Of a stretch of DNA of 64,000 nucleotides, positions 36,134-49,508 are shown one piece after another. The notes beneath the pieces are model-generated. The model was given only the letters and a program-made list of their open reading frames with translations, had not been told where the DNA came from and ran no database searches. The DNA is from Adineta vaga (lineage: Eukaryota; Animalia; Rotifera): positions 13,826,001-13,890,000 of the forward strand of contig CP075494.1 in assembly GCA_021613535.1 (NCBI GenBank). The letters are read 5' to 3'. The number at the start of each line of letters is the position of its first letter. Positions within the stretch are counted from its first letter, which is position 1. The translations under genes and the position numbers were made by a program.

Positions 36134-38826
36134 TTATTTTTTCCGTGATTTCTTAGTCGGAACTTGAGCAGGAAGTCTCTTTGCTATTTTTATCATTGCA
36201 TCATCTTCAATCGGTACATTCTCTGCATCCTGTTCTTCTTCTTCTTCTTGGTTGTCGTCATCATCATTTTCTTCGTCGGTAAGACCTTTTGATTTCTTCA
36301 ATTTCTTTATATCAATAACTGCATATGGTGTACGATGATTAGTTTTATTGTAACTTCTTGTTAATGAAGATTTGATTTGTGTGTCAAGTTGTTCATATGG
36401 ATTTCGACTAGTTTTACCCCATGTATTTAATTCCATAATTGTTTGAAAATCATCTCGATTGAGATAATAATTATCTAATAAAGAAATACATTGTTCAATT
36501 CCTTTTTCTTGTGATTGTTGTTTCAATGGTGAAATCAATGCTCGACTTAAATAAGGTAAATAATCAAGATTAAATTGTTGTTTATTTGCTGATGCTGTTT
36601 TTAAACACATATGTTTTTCAATTTCATTTAGTAAGCGTTCATTTTTATTTGTACGAGAACGTTGACCAAAATATGAAGAAAAATTCACCATACTACGAAG
36701 ATGACCACGAACATATGAACAAGGAGCAACTGTTGAAAAAATCGCCTACAAAAAAAAAACAAATTTATCGAAATTTCTTAATGAAAACCAATGGATTTTA
36801 CTTGATAAGGTAATAATGACCAACTATCATTTTTACTAAAAATCATCTGTGAACAAATATCACCTAAAGATATATTATCGGCTGCACTTGCAATTAAAGT
36901 TAAATGTTCTATATCTGTCAATTTTCTCTTTTGATTATTCGAATTAATCACATGTGGTTGACACTGAAGATAATTTTCTTGAATTAATAATGGCATTAGT
37001 TGATAATCATAGAAGAAAATATCACTTTTATCCGATAAAGATTTGTGACGTAATTCATCCGAAAATGATAATCGACATAATTCAAATGGATTATTATTCA
37101 CTGTTTTCTCGATCATTTTCGCAGCTGTTGAGTTCATTTTTCCACCTTGAATTGACCAAAGATTTAAAGAATGAATTGTTTGACGAATATCTTGATTCGA
37201 TGATTTGATAATTTCATCTAATGTTTCTGGTGAAATATTTCGAATAGTTTCTCGTTGAAGAATTGTTAACATAGCACCGTGAATTTGTTGAATATTTGGA
37301 CGATGAAAACGTAAATCATAACAATAATTAGCGAGCGAACGAATTTTCTTATGTTGTCGATCATTACAAATACATATAATTGGTATACGAGAACGTTTTA
37401 TTAAAGAAATTAATTCTTGTATACCACCACGATCTGCATTACCAGCAACACCATCGACTTCATCCATAATTAAAACATATTTTGACATCGATTTTTCAGT
37501 AAAATGTTCAATACTATAAGTATCACTTGACAGATTAGACATGGATTTTTTTGAACGTTGATCAGAAGCATTTTTTTCAATATACTGAAAATTTAAATGT
37601 TCACAAACTAATTGAGCAGCAGTAGTTTTACCAATTCCAGGTGGACCGCTGAGAAGAGCAGCTTTAAACATTGCAGGATTTTCATTACGAATAAAGCCAA
37701 CGGATGGTTTGGCTTTTACTTTTTCATCACTACTACCATGATGTGTATACCAATCACGTAACCAGACAATCAATTTTTGAACAGGAGATTTGTCACCTTG
37801 TTGTCCAATAAGTTGTTTTATTGTTTTAGGTTTATATTTATCAACCCCTAAAATAATAAAATATGATTAGTTGAAGAAAAGATGGCTCTTTTAATGATTG
37901 CAACACTTACATAATAAAGATGATTCATCAATGGATAATTTTGGAATAGTTGAAGGAGTTAAATCTGTGGTTATTGAGGATGATTTTCGTTTTAATTTGT
38001 TTGGAATGGATTTTGACGTAGTTGATGCGATGATCATGGATTCGGGATCTGCTGTCGTCGAAGACTTTCGTTTTAGTTTTGTTGATGTTGAAGCAACAGC
38101 GGATTCTGGTTCTGGAGCTCTCTTTGAGTTTGATTTGGATTTAACTGTAGATGATTCTGATGTTGTCAACTTTGCTTCATCACCTGGGCGTGTTCGTATC
38201 ATTTCCAACAGATCATCTTCGGCAATAATTTTAACTTTCAATTCTTTTGCTTTACTTATTTTTGATTCACCTCCATCACGCCCGGTCAATAGATAATTTG
38301 TTTTTCCACTTAGAGCTAACGTCACTCGTCCACCGTATTTTTCAATTAGAGTTTTACATTCGTCACGTTCCAATGATTCCAATACACCTACATATCAAAT
38401 AAAAAAAGCAGCTTGAACTTTTCCTTTGGAAATATTCTTCTTACCAGAAATAACAAAAGCTAAATTTTTCAAACAATTCTTCTCTCCATCTGGTATTGTC
38501 TTTGATCCAGGTGCATCGGGACCACCACGATTCATAAATGATTTATAGTTTTCTGAACGTTTTCTCTTCTCCATTGGATCAATCTCTTTGATTTTCATCT
38601 TTTTCAATGGACTTGTTTCAATCGATGTTTTTGCTGGAGAAATAACTTTTTCTAGAGATTTTTTCACAGGTGATGGTTTTGGTATGACTGGAGCTTCTTC
38701 ATTATTAGCCTGTTCACGAGTCCGCTAAATAGGAAGAATATAGATTTTTTGCTTATAAATATTTATATTCAATACTTTATTGTTCGAACTTGGTATTTTC
38801 TTGAAAAAACTACGAATATCAGACAT
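36134..38826 (-). CDS. RFC1: replication factor C large subunit paralog B (canonical)
   Basis: MSDIRSFF N-terminal motif, CLKNLAFVISG|VLESLER BRCT, LW|VDKYKP, LSGPPGIGKTT, NASDQRSK, MDEVDG, IICICNDR, FNLDYLP, IKSSLTRSYNK, acidic tail; 4 introns. Confidence 0.95.
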
Positions 38827-39053
38827 TCTCTCTTCTAAATGCCAATAACCATATGATATGAATGCATGAGTGAAGTGATTGCTCAACGAAGGTATCAGAT
38901 GGTCAATATATATATATATGTACTTTGATGTCGTGACAGTCAATGCAAATTGAGAGAGGCGCAGGAGAGAACAAAATGCATGATGAATAGCCAATGAACA
39001 TTGATTGAGTTTTTAGGTAGTCTGTTTCATTCGAAGAAGAAAAATTCGCTCAA
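38827..39053. promoter_or_regulatory. probable bidirectional promoter between RFC1-B and SMG5
   Basis: Divergent ATGs ~230 bp apart; CCAAT at ~38991. Confidence 0.5.
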
Positions 39054-42000
39054 ATGATGGTTGTTTCTCAATCTCAAACAACTTCAAATGAATCTAAATC
39101 ACAATTAGATCGAAATAAGAAGAATTATATGTAAGAGAAAGAAATTTAATTGACTTCTTAGTTCGTTTTAATCTTTTATTTTAGTAACATTATAACTTTA
39201 TCCAAACGTGTATCCGATCTTTATTCTGGAAATCAATCATTACGAAATATATTTAATCCTGAAACATGTCGTTTACGTGATAAGTAAGTTGAATTTCTTT
39301 TGAAGATTAACATTTCCAGAAGTGATATTTTTCAAATAGATTTAAACAAATGTGTGAAACACTTTTACTTGATGATCCAATTGATTATGGTTTGAAAATT
39401 ATTGATCTTCTTTGGCGTAAAGCTGCGTATGATCCTATTCAATTATTTAAACGACATCGACAAGAATATGATGAAACGATTATGAAAGAAATTCAAATCA
39501 TGTATCGAATGCATCTCCTATCGATATTTGGTTTTTATTCAAATTTATTAATTAAATTTGTATCATTAATTAAACCCTATCGTAATATAAGTCATTTCTT
39601 TGATTTTATTCAACTATTTAATGATAATAAATGTATGTAGATAAGAAATTATGATGAATTGAATAAGGACTTTTCAATTAGTTTAGCTATGAACACAATA
39701 ACAACAACGAAAATTGATAATTTAGTCGAATCATTATTGAAACTTATTCATAAATGTTTAGTTTGTTTGGGTGATATTAGTCGTTATTTAAGTGAATATG
39801 ATGGATGTATACAAACAGCAGAGAAATACTATACAATGTCAGTACTTCTTGATCCTGAAATCGGTTTGTTTTTGAAATAATCAATGAGAATTCAATGAAT
39901 TGTTGTTGTTGTTTTTCAGGAATGCCGTTGAATCAATTAGGAACATTATGTGGTCGATCGAATAGTAATTGTGATGCAGCATTTTTCTATTTACTTTGTT
40001 TAAGTACAGCACATCCATTTGATGGTGCTAAAGATAATTTACAAATGCTTTTTGAACGAAATGAAAAACGTTTCACGGAATTCAATCGACAACAAACAAA
40101 AAATCGAAATGATAATTTAAGGTTTTGTTCAGATTATCGAAAGATCAATGAATATATGTTTTATTTTTTTAGTAATCGTGATATTCGTCGTTTTCTTGTG
40201 CAATTCTTACATGTTACTCATCAATTACTTGAATCAAATAATATGTAAGTAAACAATATGGAATATTTTGAATAAAACAGTATGAAAAATCGTATTTAGA
40301 AGTCAAATTCAAGAATGTGGTCAACAAACATTGAATGATTTTAATGCTTGTATGTTTTCTCAAAATGATTCGATTCTTTCACCGGAACTTATCTTTAAAC
40401 TACTATCGATATCAATGATGCTTGTTGATCGTATACAACGAACACGGAGTCGAGCAGTTAAACGTAAATATCTGTTTTTATTTACTATCAATGAACATAG
40501 ATGGGCTACGTTTCATTTAGAAACTATACTATTTGCTGGAATTGCATTTGCTGTCGCACTATTTTCACATGTTGTTAATCATACGATTATTCGGTTACAA
40601 AATGCTTTTTATCAATTACATGATGTACGTACAAAAACAAATGAAACGGATTCGGAAGAAGAAGAAGAACGTCGACAGGTAGTTTTTAAATTTAAAAAAT
40701 AAAAATTGAGGAATTTACCTTTTGATTTTCGTAGGCTGAAGCAAAAGAAAAACGACGACGAATGAAAATGGTTTTATCACGACGTCGTCGACGAAGTGCT
40801 TCATCATCGGATAAAAGTGATGAAAGTGAACGTTCATTCTCGAATGAACGTGATCAACGACGAGATGATTCATCGGATGATTATCGATCGGAAGATGAAG
40901 TTCCAGATTATCTTTCGGGAGGTTCATCATCAGATGAAAATGATGAAATGAAACAAGTTATTCGAGATGAAAAAGATAAAGAAGCAGAAGGTAAAGTGAT
41001 TTTATTCCGTTAAACATTTTTAATGTTTTAGTCTTTGAATAGAATTAGCAATTAAAATTGCACTGGATGAATTTATGGAAAAAATCAAACAGAGTGGTGC
41101 TGTTTTTCAAAATGCAAATGATCCTCAAACATCACAAACGTCACTCTTTTCATTTACTGATCTATCAACACATCTATTTGCTGCATTTGCATCACAGGAT
41201 GGTGCATCTCCACTTTTTCTCGATCAGAATTCGTCTGATGATGATCCATATTCTATGTCAGCATATAATTATGATCAACAATTTAAATCGATTTTGATAG
41301 GAAATAAACAAATCAATGTACCACCAGGTAAGATAGAATATTTTGAAACACGGATGGAAAGTTGTGTTGTGATTGTAGGATTTGAGCAGAATAGTGACGC
41401 GTTGGCTGCAGCAGAAATAGAACAGAAAATGGCCGAATTTGAACTTGAACATATTGTGGATAATACAACGAATGAAAAACAAGAGGAAGATGATGATCAG
41501 TAAGGATATTTCAGTTAGATCATTTTTAACAATCTATTGTAAATTGATAGAACTACTCGTTACCATGGTACTAAATTGATCATTGAATTGTTAGAAAATG
41601 AATACCTTTTATCTGCGATAAAAACCTTCTGTGATTGGCTTGCTGGCAACAAACGTCTCCTTCAGATGCTCTTACCTGTATTATTCTAATCACTTCTTTC
41701 AATTACTTTTCTAAAACTAATCTTTTAATCTAGATATCTCCTGGTCTATGGTCAAAATTAGCTTTATTACTAAATTTTCTTCCACATGAACGTGATATTA
41801 TTAAAAGTGGTATGTTACTTTTTCTTCTTCATCTGTTTTTTTATAAGATTTGTATTTTGATTAGGATTAGTTCCTGCTAGTTCATCGATTTATCCTTTAT
41901 TAAGCAAATTTGTTGAAACAAAAATCTTTATCTTTCCACCACCGATGCTTGATGAAGATATTCAATTACGAGCATTTCAAGCGTTAAAAGTTGATCGAAA

Positions 42001-43039
42001 TCATTTGAAATTAAACTTAAATCAACTATCATCATTAAACAAATTCGAATCAGTAAGACAAGACTTGCTCATCGGACAATAGTTCATCGTTTTATTTAGA
42101 CAATCATTCGTATCTGTTCTCTTCGTCGGTTTGGCTATTTCGCATCATCTCTTCTATCGAATTCACAATTCAGTTATGATAATGATAAATTATCTTTTAC
42201 TGCTTCAATTCCATCGGAACAAACAGCACCAGAACCTTCACCAAATAAAACAATAGATCCAGCTATTGATGAAGAAAGAAAATCACGTTTAATGCGTGGC
42301 ATGGCAGCACTTCGTTTACAAGCTGAAATCAGTCAATTGGAGAATAGTTTGAAAAACGAGGAATTCTCCTTACCACCCTATCTTGTTATTGATTCATCGG
42401 TATTATGTGCAAATTTGACATTAATTCAACAATTTGTTCAATCACAACGATTTATTATTGTAATTCCACTCGTTGGTTAGTTTCATTCGGAAAATACATG
42501 TTAACTATTTCATCTGTGATTCTTTTTTCCTTTCTTTAAGTCATTGATATTCTTGACGAACTGAAGAAAGAACAACGTGAAGCTCGTGATGCTATTCGAT
42601 GGCTTGAAACACAATTTCGACTTGGAAATCGGTACATTTCAAATTGATATCGAACTTCTTTTTTTCTTATTGTTTTATTTAGATTCATACGTACTCAAGC
42701 TGTACATGAACGATTAAACAATCAAACGAAGAAAAAAACCAATAAAAACAAAGATTTCTTTCGTTTTCAAGAAATTATTGATTGTTGTCTGTATTTTTCA
42801 CAACAAAGTAATCTTGACAAACAAACGACAACGAATACCATGTCAACAGTGAATTTACTTCTTGCACGATCATTAACTAGTAAAGAACAACAAACCGTAG
42901 ACAAAGATGGTAAATCAATTGTTGTATTTCTTTGAAGAACAAAAAGAAAGTGAATGTGTTTGTATTCTATTTAGGCGTGACTGTACAACATATTGATGAT
43001 TTTCATCGCCGTTGGAAACAATCAACACCTGAAAAATGA
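39054..43039 (+). CDS. SMG5: nonsense-mediated decay factor SMG5 (EST1/14-3-3-like domain + degenerate PIN)
   Basis: LWRKAAY, CLVCLGDISRY, GMPLNQLGTL, FDGAKDNL, RLMRGMAALRLQAEISQLE, PYLVIDSSVLC, AREAIRWLE-like ARDAIRWLE; PIN lacks the later acidic residues. Confidence 0.88.
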
Positions 43040-43296
43040 TGAAAAAACTGACTTTTTTTTGTTAAATATATAGACGTGAAAAAAAGAATTTTTTTTAGAA
43101 TAAAACTATTTAATATTACTAAATTCGAAAGACATATTTATTCATAAGTAAAGTAGATGTTTTTATTTATTTAGTATTTGATAAAATTTTATGATAATCA
43201 GAAAAAAAATGAAAGCGATGTTCTAACTGATCCAAGCCAACAATGAAACGTTCTTTTAACATGAAACATGATATATTTCATTTTATAGGCAAGCAG

Positions 43297-44604
43297 TTAT
43301 GTGTAAATATTAAGTGTATTCGGAGCTATTCGATTTGATGGCTTTCGTATACAAAATATAATGATATTCGTGAATATTGATATAATCAGTTTCAGGACGG
43401 GTAATATACCACCAATTGTTGGTAGTATCACACCGATAATATGGATCGCCATACTTATATTTTCACTACTTTTAGTAATAAATGTACAAGATATTGGTTC
43501 ACATTGATCATAATAATATTGATGTGATACTGTAGTAACTCGCTCTTCGATCATTAACTCGTTAACCAAGTGTAAAATGGGTGTCTTTGCGGAAAATCTA
43601 CTATCGAATGGCAATAGACTAGAAGCATGTACTGGTATTGATAATAATGATGGTAAATGCTGCTGCAATTGATCAAGACAATTGAGATCATAAAAACATC
43701 GGAGATCGGATTGAAGTAATGCATCAATGACATTGCATCCGATATAGAAACCTGGTACATCAAATGAAGACAATGGATTTGGATAATTATAGATCGAAGA
43801 TTTCTGAGCACAATAAGATGACCGGCTACATGAACAATCGTTATATTTTTTAGGCTTTATAAAAATGCTGTTGTTATCCGTATTCTTCCTGTGTAATTCA
43901 TAATTGATTCCTAATCCAGAAAATAAACCATTAATATGAATTGTACGCTGAATCATCGCGATAGATACTTGAAAGTTTTCAACCATTGACAGAAACAATT
44001 GAGTTAATTTAAAGTTGATTCTTTCGTCAAATGTTCTCATGGTTGTCACATGAGTACTGATATATTCATTTGAAAGGAATTGTTGTAGATTGTTGTGAAT
44101 TGAACGATTACTCATGTCACAAAACATGCTTAGAGCTTCAAATGCGTGTGGAGCTGTTTTTCGAAAATCTTCTTCAAAGATTTCTGTTCCATCATTCACA
44201 ATAAGAGATTCTATCCAATTATTTGTCACGAATACACTGATACATATTTGATGCAGTGTGACTTTGATTTGAAGAAACGTTGCATAACTAATCGATATTT
44301 GATTACATTGACAGCTTAAAGATTCAGGATATTTCGAATATAGTGTTAAATATGTTAAATAACTTGGTTGAATAATTGATTGTCTATAATACGGATCTGT
44401 ACTGATAGTGTATGAAATGTAAATCGATGGCATTGTTAGCAAGAGAATAGACAAAAAAATAAAGATCATAGTTGATACTCGTTGCACACTTAATTCGGAA
44501 CGACATTTTGATGGTGGTGATGATGGAAATAAATTGTAATTTTGAAGAAAACCAACGAGATTTTGGCAAAATCCGGCGGTGTGTTCATTTGGTTGATTCA
44601 TCAC
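43297..44604 (-). CDS. intronless Cys-rich membrane protein (TM - large Cys-rich loop - TM) of a family I recall as expanded in bdelloids
   Basis: QRVSTMIFIFL TM, YPESLSCQCNQISISY, LHQICISVFV, CSCSRSSYC, VPGFYIGC, LLQSDLRCFY, YYDQCEPISC, IGGI TM. Confidence 0.7.
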   Translation of the reverse strand: MMNQPNEHTAGFCQNLVGFLQNYNLFPSSPPSKCRSELSVQRVSTMIFIFLSILLLTMPSIYISYTISTDPYYRQSIIQPSYLTYLTLYSKYPESLSCQCNQISISYATFLQIKVTLHQICISVFVTNNWIESLIVNDGTEIFEEDFRKTAPHAFEALSMFCDMSNRSIHNNLQQFLSNEYISTHVTTMRTFDERINFKLTQLFLSMVENFQVSIAMIQRTIHINGLFSGLGINYELHRKNTDNNSIFIKPKKYNDCSCSRSSYCAQKSSIYNYPNPLSSFDVPGFYIGCNVIDALLQSDLRCFYDLNCLDQLQQHLPSLLSIPVHASSLLPFDSRFSAKTPILHLVNELMIEERVTTVSHQYYYDQCEPISCTFITKSSENISMAIHIIGVILPTIGGILPVLKLIISIFTNIIIFCIRKPSNRIAPNTLNIYT

Positions 44605-45534
44605 TAAATGAAGTTAGAAAAAGAATAATGATGAATGGGATATTTTATGGAATTATGATAAATGGCAAAATAATTTAATAAATATAAGATTTCATCGAAA
44701 GAATGACTTTATACTACGCAAACGATTATTTTTTCTTAAAATATACTTCAACTCTATCTCAAGTTAATACAGATATATATATATATTCTTTCTTTTCTTC
44801 TTAAAAAGAATGCATATAAACGTACTGTTTTCTTGATGATTAGACAATTGATTTATGATGAGTATTTGATTATTCGTATACGAAATCTATACAATAAACT
44901 GAATAATTTCGAAGGATTGAAAAATTATCGATTCGATGCTATTTCTATTGAAAAGAAAAAGTTCATTTACTTAAATCGAAAACAAAAACAATCACATCTT
45001 CTGAGACTCTACAAAGTTTTCTGTCATTCTATGTAAGTCTGATTTTATTACTAATTATCATGATAAATAGTTTCTGAAACTTGGGGGAAAAAAATTCTCT
45101 ATCATGTTGTATGTTTGCTCGCGTTTATTTGCCGATATATAATTTAAATACAGTGAAAACATTTTTAATCAACATCTGTTGTCTTATCAGGCTACCTGAT
45201 GTTAAAAAGTGTTATCAGACATTTCCTTGAAAAAGACTGTTTTTTTTAAATGTTTTCTCCGTTAAAGACTACGGGAAAACGTCATTTATAATAACGTTGG
45301 TTTTTATCAAAGTTCATCTGTTTGAACATTTATTCCTGTTTAGTAAAATTCAATAATTAACATCTGCTGATGATTTTTGTTCAAAACTGATCATCCATTG
45401 TTTCTCTTTAAAAATTTTATTTATATGTATGATTTTCATATTCAATATTATTGGATCGGAACTTCGTTAATTGAATTTTGAAAAAAAATATTAGTAAAAA
45501 AGAATGTTTGTTTTGCTTTTCGTTTTGAACATAA

Positions 45535-46205
45535 TTATGTTCCGTCTTTCAAAGCTGTTTTTGCTTGAAAAATAGAACGACAGCATGAACAACAACAACT
45601 AAGTACACACATAACATAACTTATGATTAACATTGTAAAAGCGAATTGATATAATGTTCGCTGACAATAATTAGTTGATAGTTCATTATCTAAATCAACT
45701 CGTTTATGTACGCCAAAGATCCATACATTTCCCTATTTTGAAAAAGTAAAAAAACAATTATTGAAATCCAGGTCAATTCATTCATATTTACCACAATGAA
45801 CCAAGCGAATAAGAAGAAACTCATCAAAACTAAAAATATGAGAACGCAACCAACAGTACATCCAACTGCAATGGCTGAAGCTGTATTCGATTTTTTAATT
45901 AAAAGTAGAAAGGAAAGTACCTAAATGTAAACAAATGAATTTTATTTATCGAAAAGATGAAATACATCAGTTCTTACTATCACGATGGTAAGAGCAATAC
46001 TTGCAAGACCACATGCTCCTGTTACTATCAAATACACAGGAATATTGGGTTCAATCGGGCATTGAGAACGATAGTAACTACCAAAAGCTAATTCAAGTAC
46101 TGGAAAAATGAGTAAAATACATAAGACAATAAGAGTATATATTGATCCAAGAATGGCAACTACAGGAGTGGGTATATATTTTAATTCAGGTTCGGTATCA
46201 GCCAT
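45535..46205 (-). CDS. four-TM TMEM272-like protein, copy A (3 exons)
   Basis: GSYYRSQCPIEPNIPVYLIVTGACG, FLFAWFIV|GNVWIF, NYCQRTLYQFAF, Cys-rich tail. Confidence 0.8.
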
Positions 46206-46988
46206 TTTGTTTTATATTCGAAAAGATTTCAACACTAAAATTGAGTAGGAATATATATTTTCAACGTTCTGTTCTTGTCGTTGTTGTTATAACCAAATCA
46301 AAATATAATGCTTTGACGATTCAGTCTGTCTAACGAAGTTGTTTTGCGAAAAAAAAAGAAAAAAATTGTCGTTCTTTGATTTGTTGATTGGCATATGTAA
46401 AAAATAAATCTCAGTTTTTTTTCTTCTTGCGATTATATTTCGAGTAATTTGCTATAGACGGTTGAAGAATATATTTTTAATGTTCTTCTAGGTTCCGATA
46501 ATAAATACAATCATCCATGCCAGTAGAAATGGTCATTCTGTTAATGATTAATATTATAAAATCGATTAGTGATTCATCGCTCATTGATTGAAAACTACTG
46601 TTTGTTTTACTAAGGACACATGAGAAAAAAATTAACTTAGAAAACAAACAGGCAATGAATAATTCTTGGGCGAATATGTTGAGTACAAATAATGTCAACT
46701 ATTCTCTATCGATTTGACATTCCGAATGCAATCTTGAAGAAAATTTTTAATGAATCTTTGTAACACTATTTCGAAATAATTGAAGTAGGCGAATAATGTT
46801 TGCAGATGTGATGACATCATCTTCATTCAAGTGTTATCGTTATTTCGTTCATTATATCTTAAAACGTTGTTTGCTCTTGTATATACAGGTAAATACAACC
46901 ACGCAGTATCTTTTATCAAATAAAAAGAGGAAAAAAAAGGCAATCGAATTTTAAATTAGAACAGTATTAATTCAATGATTGAACAACA

Positions 46989-48029
46989 ATGTTTTTTCAG
47001 CTTCGTAAACCATTAACTTCGAGACGTAGTAGTGAAACATCATTTTCATCAGATAATTCGTTTCTACCGAATATTAATACAACATCAACTGGTGCATTAC
47101 GTCAATTATCTATTGATGAACTTGATGAAGTTAATTCAACAGGTTTTAATCAACAATATTCAATACAACGAGAATTACTTGAAAATCCACGACCATTATT
47201 TACTATACCACGTCCAACAATCTATCTTCCTACAAATCATTTTGGACGTACACGTCAATCTTCTCAATCATCAACTCCTTCTCTAATAATAAATTCTTCT
47301 GAACGACCCTTCTATCAAAACGTACCACCTCTACCTCCTCCACCTCCTTCATCTCTACTATCATTTCCTACTCAATATCCTACTGAATACCCACTATCCC
47401 CGCCTCCACCTATTCAACGATATGTACCAATGCCTATGACTTATCCCATCAAACAGAAAAAATCCACACATGAAATACCACCAGGTTTATTAACAACTCT
47501 TTCTGCTGGTGGTCTGAGCACTCTCTCAGCTTTGATCTATTTAATTTTAATTATTGCTCTACCGTCTGCTAAACTTGTTCTAGGTATTCTTTATATAAAC
47601 GAATGTCCTGTAAATAAAAATATTCCATTATATATGATTACGGCAGGTGCATGTGGTTTAATTATTGTTATTTTAATAATTCTATCATCAGCATGTACAA
47701 TTTGTCGATCTATGTCAGATGCAACAAAATCAACGCATGGTTTTATGATATGTACAATCGCATTCGTTCGTGGTATTCAAGGTGTTCTATCAATATTTCT
47801 TTTCATTTGGTTTTTCTTTGGAAATGTTTGGATATTTAATGTTCGTTATCGTGTTCGAACAGATAAACCAAATGATATCAATAGTTATTGTCATCCGACA
47901 TTGTATTGGTTTGCATTTTATATTTTAATTTTTACTTATGTTTATGCATTGTTTACTTATTGTGTAAAATTTTGTGTTAATTTCTTTTGTTGCGGTGCAT
48001 TTGATGCATGGTATAAAGCATTTTCGTAA
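46989..48029 (+). CDS. four-TM TMEM272-like protein, copy B, with Pro/Ser-rich N-terminal extension (intronless)
   Basis: GILYINECPVNKNIPLYMITAGACG, FLFIWFFFGNVWIF, SYCHPTLYWFAF. Confidence 0.8.
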   Translation: MFFQLRKPLTSRRSSETSFSSDNSFLPNINTTSTGALRQLSIDELDEVNSTGFNQQYSIQRELLENPRPLFTIPRPTIYLPTNHFGRTRQSSQSSTPSLIINSSERPFYQNVPPLPPPPPSSLLSFPTQYPTEYPLSPPPPIQRYVPMPMTYPIKQKKSTHEIPPGLLTTLSAGGLSTLSALIYLILIIALPSAKLVLGILYINECPVNKNIPLYMITAGACGLIIVILIILSSACTICRSMSDATKSTHGFMICTIAFVRGIQGVLSIFLFIWFFFGNVWIFNVRYRVRTDKPNDINSYCHPTLYWFAFYILIFTYVYALFTYCVKFCVNFFCCGAFDAWYKAFS

Positions 48030-49508
48030 ATTAAAAGAGATTAAAAAAAGAAAGAAACGATAAACTAGTTCAATGATGAAAAGTGCGTTAATTGCTTCTT
48101 TTTTTCTTTCTTTCGTTCGGACTTTGCGTATTTAAAGACAGAAGAAGAGAGAGATACAGTCCGTTTGTCACGATGTGTACACATATGTATGTATATTGAA
48201 CAGAAGGGACAAAAAAAAGAAGAAAAGAGAAATGAAATGAGGTCGATCTTAGGTGTGTATCATCAATATAAGAGAGAAAGATGATGATGATGACCGACAT
48301 TTGATTGATACAAAACAATACTCAACGATTGAGAGACGATGACGTCAAGCTTTTATGTTCATATGACCAACTGAATAATGACTTCTTATATTCATTACTT
48401 TGAGTAATATATATATATACAGGTAAACTGACGAGAAGAAGTTTTTATACTCGTTTATTCGTAGTAATACATCTAAACCTACGCTTGTCTTTCTTTTTGT
48501 CTACTATCTTAGAGTAGAAATATGATAAATAAATGGAAGCTAGTGCAGTCGAAGGATTTTTCTTCTATCGATAATAGAAGAGCAGAATAGGATACTACAT
48601 CTTTCGTAATCATTCTGCTTGTCTTTGAATGTCTTCTGTTCATAGGTTAGATATCAGAAAAGAAGGTCATTATATTTAGCAAGAAAATATGATAGATGAT
48701 ATTTCTACCATTGAACAAACTACTTGTCACAATTTTCATCATCTTTCTTTCTCTCAAGTTTATTCATTCTTTATTATTTTTTCTTCTTTTGTGTACCTTC
48801 AATCAGTGATATTACATAAGCAGACTATGCATTTTACATATATATATCTATATATTTATATGTGCTCTTCAATACATATGGATGGATGCACCTTACTCTC
48901 TACAATTTTCAATAAGAATACTTTGAAGAAAATGAACAGAATTCATTCTTTTGCTTAGTCATCTAGATAAATAATTGACTCTATGATGAACATTTCTTTG
49001 TTCATCCTTCGAAAGAAATATTGTTAAGCTGACAAACAGGTCAATCGAATAGTGAATTGATCGGTTTTTTCCTTTGCATGATAGATCACTAAGTAAGCAA
49101 TTTTATACTTATTTACACATCTCAAGAAATATTTCTTCTTTCGTTCAATGATAGAAAAGAATTGTATACATACAATCTCGTTCAATGTCATCCTTTCACC
49201 CATATCCTGTTATTCAACATTAGTCAGATAATTACATCACAATCAGAGAATAGAAGCAGGTCGATTATACAGTTTCACACATAGAATCGAGTAATCGTGT
49301 ATACTTACTATACATCAAATATTCTTTTCGTCTCTTTGTCATACGTTTACTTCTTTACATGATATTGTAAGGTATAGATCGCTATCAGTATAACATCGTC
49401 TAGACATAACAGTTCATATTCTTTAGTATTATCAAGCAAGTATTTGTAATTCGTTCATATATACATATTTTTCTAGATTGATTAATGAAGAAAAAGATTG
49501 TCTGATCT

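Noticed and set aside
39054-43039. SMG6 (active PIN endonuclease)
   Set aside because: SMG5-type motifs are present and the PIN lacks the later catalytic aspartates
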